This document shows, one piece after another, positions 55,845 through 64,000 of a stretch of 64,000 bases of DNA. The translations under genes were made by a program, and so were the position numbers. Location of the stretch: positions 230,082,001-230,146,000 of the forward strand of contig OZ024743.1 of the NCBI GenBank assembly GCA_964016885.1. The letters are read 5' to 3'. Source of the stretch: Eledone cirrhosa. Lineage: Eukaryota. The stretch's first letter is position 1. Every line of letters starts with the position of its first letter. The notes under the pieces were generated by a model that was given only the letters and a program-made list of their open reading frames with translations, was not told the origin of the DNA and did no database searches.

Positions 55845-55897
<53 letters not shown>

Positions 55898-56074
55898 CAC
55901 ACATACACACATGCATACAGGTACACATACATATATGCACGCATCAGTTTAGCCGACGTTTATTATAACGCCGGCCGCTTTGTTCGTTTGTTTGTCAACA
56001 AACCGAACAGCCTGAATTTATGCCATACGGTGTTAAGGCAACCACGTCACCTTTTTGTTCAACACTGACACAGG

Positions 56075-56119
56075 AACGATGTACTAGTTTCAAGCTTGTT
56101 AGCTATCATCAGCACCGTT
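56075..56119 (-). ncRNA. Minimal type I hammerhead (second minus copy 56603-56647)
   Basis: Reverse complement of the HHR at 57204-57248. Confidence 0.9.
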
Positions 56120-56360
56120 TACCCATCTGCCAGATAGTTGAACGTTAGAAAGTATATACTTTCCTTATGAAAATTAACGGCTGAGCAGCCTAATTTGCAT
56201 ATTGAGTGAGTTAAATCGGTCAGGCATACCGAAAACGATAAGTTGAAAAAAATGAAAACGAAATTTCATTTCTCACTCTTAGTATGGCACTTACTTAAAT
56301 GTAAGTATGTATGTATACGTACATACATATATGTATACAGACGTACAGTAGCATGCATGC

Positions 56361-56425
<65 letters not shown>

Positions 56426-56883
56426 CACACATACACACATGCATACAGGTACACATACATATATGCACGCATCAGTTTAGCCGACGTTTATTATAACGCC
56501 GGCCGCTTTGTTCGTTTGTTTGTCAACAAACCGAACAGCATGAATTTATGCCATACGGTGTTAAGGCAACCACGTCACCTTTTTGTTCAACACTGACACA
56601 GGAACGATGTACTAGTTTCAAGCTTGTTAGCTATCATCAGCACCGTTTACCCATCTGCCAGATAGTTGAACGTTCGAAAGTATATACTTTCCTTATGAAA
56701 ATTAACGGCTGAGCAGCCTAATTTGCATATTGAGTGAGTTAAATCGGCCACCGTATGGCATAAATTCAGTCTGTTCGGTTTGTTGACAAACAAACGAACA
56801 AAGCGGCCGGCGTTATAATAAACGTCGGCTAAACTGATGCGTGCATATATGTATGTGTACCTGTATGCATGTGTTTATGTGTG

Positions 56884-56962
<79 letters not shown>

Positions 56963-57122
56963 GCATGCATGCTACTGTACGTCTGTATACATATATGTAT
57001 GTACGTATACATACATACTTACATTTAAGTAAGTGCCATACTAAGAGTGAGAAATGAAATTTCGTTTTCATTTTTTTCAACTTATCGTTTTCGGTATGCC
57101 TGACCGATTTAACTCACTCAAT

Positions 57123-57130
57123 ATGCAAAT
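57123..57130 (+). promoter_or_regulatory. Perfect octamer ATGCAAAT, once per array unit
   Basis: Lies ~80 bp upstream of each HHR core; function not shown. Confidence 0.3.
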
Positions 57131-57203
57131 TAGGCTGCTCAGCCGTTAATTTTCATAAGGAAAGTATATACTTTCGAACGTTCAACTATCTGGCAGATGG
57201 GTA

Positions 57204-57248
57204 AACGGTGCTGATGATAGCTAACAAGCTTGAAACTAGTACATCGTT
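57204..57248 (+). ncRNA. Minimal type I hammerhead (further copies 57724-57768, 58230-58274, 58746-58790, 59252-59296)
   Basis: AACGGTG-CTGATGA-T AGCT aaca AGCT T-GAAAC-TA-GTA-CATCGTT; 7 bp stem I, palindromic stem III ACTAGT, GUA triplet. Confidence 0.92.
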
Positions 57249-57417
57249 CCTGTGTCAGTGTTGAACAAAAAGGTGACGTGGTTGCCTTAACACCGTATGG
57301 CATAAATTCAGGCTGTTCGGTTTGTTGACAAACAAACGAACAAAGCGGCCGGCGTTATAATAAACGTCGGCTAAACTGATGCGTGCATATATGTATGTGT
57401 ACCTGTATGCATGTGTG

Positions 57418-57482
<65 letters not shown>

Positions 57483-57948
57483 GCATGCATGCTACTGTAC
57501 GTCTGTATACATATATGTATGTACGTATACATACATACTTACATTTAAGTAAGTGCCATACTAAGAGTGAGAAATGAAATTTCGTTTTCATTTTTTTCAA
57601 CTTATCGTTTTCGGTATGCCTGACCGATTTAACTCACTCAATATGCAAATTAGGCTGCTCAGCCGTTAATTTTCATAAGGAAAGTATATACTTTCGAACG
57701 TTCAACTATCTGGCAGATGGGTAAACGGTGCTGATGATAGCTAACAAGCTTGAAACTAGTACATCGTTCCTGTGTCAGTGTTGAACAAAAAGGTGACGTG
57801 GTTGCCTTAACACCGTATGGCATAAATTCAGGCTGTTCGGTTTGTTGACAAACAAACGAACAAAGCGGCCGGCGTTATAATAAACATCGGCTAAACTGAT
57901 GCGTGCATATATGTATGTGTACCTGTATGCATGTGTGTATGTGTGTAT

Positions 57949-57988
<40 letters not shown>

Positions 57989-58443
57989 GCATGCATGCTA
58001 CTGTACGTCTGTATACATATATGTATGTACGTATACATACATACTTACATTTAAGTAAGTGCCATACTAAGAGTGAGAAATGAAATTTCGTTTTCATTTT
58101 TTTCAACTTATCGTTTTCGGTATGCCTGACCGATTTAACTCACTCAATATGCAAATTAGGCTGCTCAGCCGTTAATTTTCATAAGGAAAGTATATACTTT
58201 CGAACGTTCAACTATCTGGCAGATGGGTAAACGGTGCTGATGATAGCTAACAAGCTTGAAACTAGTACATCGTTCCTGTGTCAGTGTTGAACAAAAAGGT
58301 GACGTGGTTGCCTTAACACCGTATGGCATAAATTCAGGCTGTTCGGTTTGTTGACAAACAAACGAACAAAGCGGCCGGCGTTATAATAAACGTCGGCTAA
58401 ACTGATGCGTGCATATATGTATGTGTACCTGTATGCATGTGTG

Positions 58444-58489
<46 letters not shown>

Positions 58490-58970
58490 TGTATATATAT
58501 ATATGCATGCATGCTACTGTACGTCTGTATACATATATGTATGTACGTATACATACATACTTACATTTAAGTAAGTGCCATACTAAGAGTGAGAAATGAA
58601 ATTTCGTTTTCATTTTTTTCAACTTATCGTTTTCGGTATGCCTGACCGATTTAACTCACTCAATATGCAAATTAGGCTGCTCAGCCGTTAATTTTCATAA
58701 GGAAAGTATATACTTTCGAACGTTCAACTATCTGGCAGATGGGTAAACGGTGCTGATGATAGCTAACAAGCTTGAAACTAGTACATCGTTCCTGTGTCAG
58801 TGTTGAACAAAAAGGTGACGTGGTTGCCTTAACACCGTATGGCATAAATTCAGGCTGTTCGGTTTGTTGACAAACAAACGAACAAAGCGGCCGGCGTTAT
58901 AATAAACATCGGCTAAACTGATGCGTGCATATATGTATGTGTACCTGTATGCATGTGTGTATGTGTGTAT

Positions 58971-59010
<40 letters not shown>

Positions 59011-59473
59011 GCATGCATGCTACTGTACGTCTGTATACATATATGTATGTACGTATACATACATACTTACATTTAAGTAAGTGCCATACTAAGAGTGAGA
59101 AATGAAATTTCGTTTTCATTTTTTTCAACTTATCGTTTTCGGTATGCCTGACCGATTTAACTCACTCAATATGCAAATTAGGCTGCTCAGCCGTTAATTT
59201 TCATAAGGAAAGTATATACTTTCGAACGTTCAACTATCTGGCAGATGGGTAAACGGTGCTGATGATAGCTAACAAGCTTGAAACTAGTACATCGTTCCTG
59301 TGTCAGTGTTGAACAAAAAGGTGACGTGGTTGCCTTAACACCGTATTGCATAAATTCAGGCTGTTCGGTTTGTTGACAAACAAACGAACAAAGCGGCCGG
59401 CGTTATAATAAACGTCGGCTAAACTGATGCGTGCATATATGTATGTGTACCTGTATGCATGTGTGTATGTGTG

Positions 59474-59524
<51 letters not shown>

Positions 59525-59624
59525 GCATGCATGCTACTGTACGTCTGTATACATATATGTATGTACGTATACATACATACTTACATATATATATATATAT
59601 ATATATGTGTGTGTATATATATAT

Positions 59625-60093
59625 AGTATTAAGGATACTATTTATGGTTATGTATATAATAAAACCTTTTTATGGTTATATATTTTTTATATAAACCCCA
59701 AATAGTGAAAGATAGTCATTCATTACTATCTTATTACCAGTAAGATAAATAGCTCAATGTAATAACATCGGTTGTTTTACAGAGCAGTTATATAGAGTTT
59801 ACAATAATCAAAGTTCAGTTTAAATCATTTATTTGCTTACAATTGTTTCCTCCAATATTTTTATCCTTTAACCTTTATATGTAAATTGCCATGCTATTTC
59901 ATTATGATGGATGTCATCCCACTGTGGGTCAATATATGCATATGTTTTTGTATGTCTCTTGTGTTCAAAAGGAGGTCAAGTATATTATAGATCACTAAAT
60001 AGTTGCTCCGAACAATCCAAACCTCGGTTTGGAGGAAACAATTGTAAGCAAATAAATGATTTAAACTGAACTTTGATTATTGTAATCTCTATA
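59625..60093. mobile_element. Divergently inverted PLE pseudo-LTR insertion (arms 59789-59855 / 60028-60093) with HHR-like motif 60003-60051
   Basis: TTGCT-CCGAACA-ATCCAA..TTGGAG-GAAAC-AATT-GTA-AGCAA; the G8 position is C, so probably inactive. Confidence 0.7.
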
Positions 60094-60199
60094 TATTTAT
60101 ATATATATATATATATAATGGAAAAATTTGAACAGGGACAAAACAGAGAGGCAGTACAACGAATGTTTATTAATTTCACGCTCTGGAGAGTGGGGTGTT

Positions 60200-60285
<86 letters not shown>

Positions 60286-60338
60286 TATATAAATATATAT
60301 AAGTATATATAAATATCCAAATATATATAAATATCCAA

Positions 60339-63300
60339 GTGCCTCTTGTAAATGACAAGAATGAAGACAATGACATGCAAACACCTACAAAACAAGAAAC
60401 AGGAGATCCTGCAGAAAAAGACCAAACTTGCCACGAAAAGAAACAGATTCAGAGCAAACGCTCAAATGAAGAAAGGCCAGTCTGTATCCATTACAGGAGC
60501 AACAAGAGCAAACATGGTCTTTCAGGTAAAGGGTGCACGTACAGTCACCCCAAACCATGCAAACCATATATAAACTTCGGTACTGATCGAAAAAAGGGAT
60601 GCCAAAATGGCCGAGAATTTGAACTCCTTCACCCATAGATGTGCCGCAATTCGCTGAGAAAAAAATAATGTTTTGACGAGAATTGCAAATTTATGCACTG
60701 GAAGGGTACAATTCGCATAAAAACTACTGAACCCACACCACCAGGACCAAGCTCAGCAGGGTATGAAAACCATTTCCTAAAAATGCAGAAACCAGGACAT
60801 GGCTCAACAGTGAATGAAACTCATGCTACTCAATTGCACACATCAGCTGTAACAAACCCAAACTCGCAGAAATTCGATACAGTAATGAACGAAAGCAGTT
60901 TTTTAGGCATAATCTACCAACTACAACAACAGCCTTACTCCATACATATGACTCAGCAAAACCAGGCAACATTGATACAAAGGCTGACACCTGGACTTAC
61001 AGGGCACATACAACAAATACAGACATCCCAGCAGACTGAATATCCAGTCAGTACAGTCCCAGCATCTACAACAGTCTTGCCAACAATAGGGCAGATGTAT
61101 CCGGTACAACAAGCATAATAACAGCAAATATCCAGGGTCTTTATCCGAAAACAAAACAGTGTAGAGTCCCTTTCTTGAAAGAATTAGCAACAGAAAACAA
61201 CTCCAAAATAATTGGAATTACTGAAAGTCATCTCAACGAAAACATCCGCAACAGCGAAACCTCAATCAATGAATTCAACATCTTCAGATGTGATAGACAA
61301 GGCAGATCCCATGGGGGCGTTACCATGTATATCCATGATACCTATGCATGCATAGAACTTGTCAATGAATAAAATGCCTACTGCAAACTGCTGTGCATAA
61401 AAAATCATCCAACTTAATACAGTTGTAACAATAATGTACAGACCGCCAAACAGCCCAACATTACCCTTCACTGAGCCACTGACAAAGCTCCAACAAATTC
61501 TGGGAAACATGGCGAGTCCAATGCCAGACATTATCCTCCTTGGTGACTTCAACTTCCCTAACATCATCTGGCCACATGGACACATACTAAAACTGGGGAC
61601 AAAAGCTGAACAAATACAGGCAGCCCAACTGTTGGAAGTCACAGAGAAATTATACCTCAAACAAATGATGACAGAAGCAACTAGAAATAATAATACGATC
61701 GACTTGGTTTTCACCAACAACGAGGACACGCTATTTGACCTTCACTCAACCCCAACAATCCTTTCAGACCACAATATTATTGAAATGCATTTGATACATT
61801 GGTAATGAGCCCAATGCCACAACTCTTAAACAAAAGGACATGCTAAAGCTATGCAGGTATGATTATCACCAGGCAAATTGGGAAACTATTAATAACCAGT
61901 TACAAATCATTGACTGGGATCTCTACCTTACTGGGCCAGATAAACACACGAATTTCTTAAACAAGATCGAAGAAATATGTGCAAAAAATATTCCTCTTAA
62001 GAAAACCAAATCCACAAAAAAACCTGTACCACGGGAGCGAAAGATCCTGATGCGCAAAAGGTCAAGACTAAGAAACAAAACATCTAAGCTGACATCAAAA
62101 CATGAACTACAGAAAGTCCTTGACCAAATATACAGATTAGAAGACAATCTAAAACAACACTATGATGAAGAACGTAACAATGCAGAAAAGAGAGCCATAG
62201 AAAATATCAAGAAAAATCCAAAATGTTTCTACAGTTTTGTAAAGAAATACTCGAATACCAAGTCAACAATAGGACCTCTCCAGAGACAAAATGGGGATGT
62301 AGTGAATAAACCTATTGAAATGGCAGAAATGTTGGGTCAACAGTATGAAAGTGTCTTCAGTGAGCCATCTAAAACCATGAAGATCCATGAACCAGGAGAA
62401 TTCTTCAAGGATATCGACCATAATAAACCTACCCTATCCGACATTGATTTCAACCCAGAAGACATAGAAAGAGCCATAGACAAGCTCTCCATGCACTCGG
62501 CTGCGGGCCTGATGGTTTCAATGCCATGATACTTAAAAACTGCAAGGTAAAATTGTTGAATCCCCTTTACATGATATGGAAGGAATCTATGGAGAATGGC
62601 AAAATACCAAATAAATATAAAGAAGCACACATAACTCCAATACATAAAGGGGACAGGAAATCAAAACCAAAGAACTACCGACCAATCTCACTGACATCAC
62701 ACATTATCAAGGTCTTCGAAAGAATAGTTCGTGGAAAACTGGTTGAGTTCCTGGAATCCAACAATCTGATGAATTGCAATCAGCATGGATTCAGGTTAGG
62801 TAGATCATGTCTTTCCCAACTACTGGCACACCATGACCAAATCCTAGAAAATCTAGAGAATGGATACAACACAGATGTTATTTGCCTCGACTTTGCCAAG
62901 GCATTTGACAAGGTAGATCATGGCATCCTGGGACACAAACTTCGAAAGCTAGGAGTAGGAGGAAAAGTTGGTACATGGATACATGAGTTCCTTACAAATA
63001 GAACTCAAACAGTCACTGTGAATGGAACCCATTCAACGCCATCACCTGTGACCAGCAGTGTTCCTCAGGGTACAGTACTCGGCCCGACCCTGTTTCTCAT
63101 CCTCATCTCTGACGTAGATGAAGATACAACCAGCAACGTCTCATCCTTTGCTGATGACACCAGGGTCATGAGACAAATCAAAGACGAGGTGGATACAGAG
63201 GCCTTACAAAAGGACCTAACCACCATATACACATGGCAGGAAACAAACAACATGTTGTTCAAGGATAAGAAGTTTGAACTAATCCGCTACGGAACAGATC

Positions 63301-64000
63301 AAGATCTGAAAAATACAACAAACTACAGAAACCCACCAGGACAACAAATAATGGAAAAACAGTGTGTGAAAGATTTAGGCATCCACATGGGAACCAGCCT
63401 AAAATTCAGAGAAAACCTTGACTCAGTCTGTCTTACTGCAGGAAAGTACAGCGGGTGGATCTTGCGCACCTTCAAATCAAGAGATACCTCACAATGAAAA
63501 CCCTCTGGAACAGTATGGTACTTCCGAGGATTGACTACTGTTCTCAGTTGTGGTCACCAACAACAAAGGGCCAACTATCTCAGATGGAATCGCTCCAAAG
63601 AAATTTTACCTCATACTTCTATGGAACGAGGGACCTGGACTATTGGCAAAGACTCAAAACCTTGAAGATGTACTCAATAGAAAGAAGATTTGAGCGATAC
63701 CGAATTATATACATTTAGAAAATGATAGAGCAAAAGGTGCCAAACTTTGGTATCAAAACCTACCACTCACTGCGCCACGGAAGACTCTGCCAGCTACCAC
63801 CAGTCAACAAAAGGGCTGGCCAGGCAGCAAAAACCCTGCGAGAGTCAAATCTGTTGGTTCGAGGGGCACAACTATTCAACTCCATTCCGGTACATGTCAG
63901 AAATCTATCAGGATGCAGAGTGGAATCATTCAAATTGCAGCTGGATAGATACTTAAGCACCATTAGAGATGAACCCCATCTCCCAGGATATACACAACGA
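60339..64000 (+). mobile_element. CR1-like LINE (ORF1 C-terminal part with CCCH-type fingers, ORF2 APE-RT), inactivated; continues past the window end
   Basis: ORF1: CTYSHPKPC..GC..LHP..C..C...H. ORF2: IIGITESHL, YRPP, LLGDFN, IDLVF, SDH, NYRPISLTS, DFAKAFDKVDH, VPQGTVLGP, FADD. Multiple stops and frameshifts. Confidence 0.92.

Larger units (their letters stand above)
55723..59586. repeat. Tandem array of ~506-528 bp hammerhead-bearing units with an internal inversion at ~56748 (candidate non-LTR retrozyme / PLE-dependent element)
   Basis: About 2 units in minus sense (55723-56747) and about 5.5 in plus sense (56749-59586), near-identical apart from (TA)n length; 7 identical HHRs. Confidence 0.9.

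Noticed and set aside
55457-59128. Repeated ORFs [13 protein letters not shown]... in the tandem array
   Set aside because: They start at TTG, run through a length-variable (TA)n tract that shifts frame between units, and are antisense to the HHR.
55723-59586. CRISPR-like or simple satellite interpretation
   Set aside because: No unique spacers and a eukaryotic context; units are ~515 bp and carry ribozyme motifs.

Overview
AT-rich, microsatellite-saturated eukaryotic DNA with no confidently identifiable host exon. The tRNA-derived SINEs and the density of (TA)n/(CA)n/(CT)n tracts suggest a coleoid cephalopod, probably Octopus (inference). The window is a stack of transposable elements. Penelope-like elements (PLEs): an RT+GIY-YIG copy at 1-1955, a minus-strand GIY-YIG copy at 2897-4560 missed by the ORF track, and a remnant near 28.9 kb. 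Also four Tx1/L1-clade LINE copies, a CR1-like LINE, RTE, R4-like and CRE-like fragments, two mariner relics, SINEs, a tRNA-Glu(TTC) pseudogene and a 200-N gap. The main unexplained signal is about 20 type-I hammerhead ribozyme (HHR) motifs from roughly ten sequence families. They include U3-A8 and C4 core variants and forms with 60-115 nt stem II extensions. Most lie in short divergently inverted insertions whose two 3' ends terminate at TA microhomologies in (TA)n. The best case is a near-identical 3.9-kb array (55723-59586) of ~506-528 bp non-coding units. Each unit carries a perfect minimal HHR, an octamer motif and its own (TA)n tract, making it a candidate PLE-mobilised, circRNA-forming retrozyme. 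All RNA folds were paired by eye, and none has been computed or tested.
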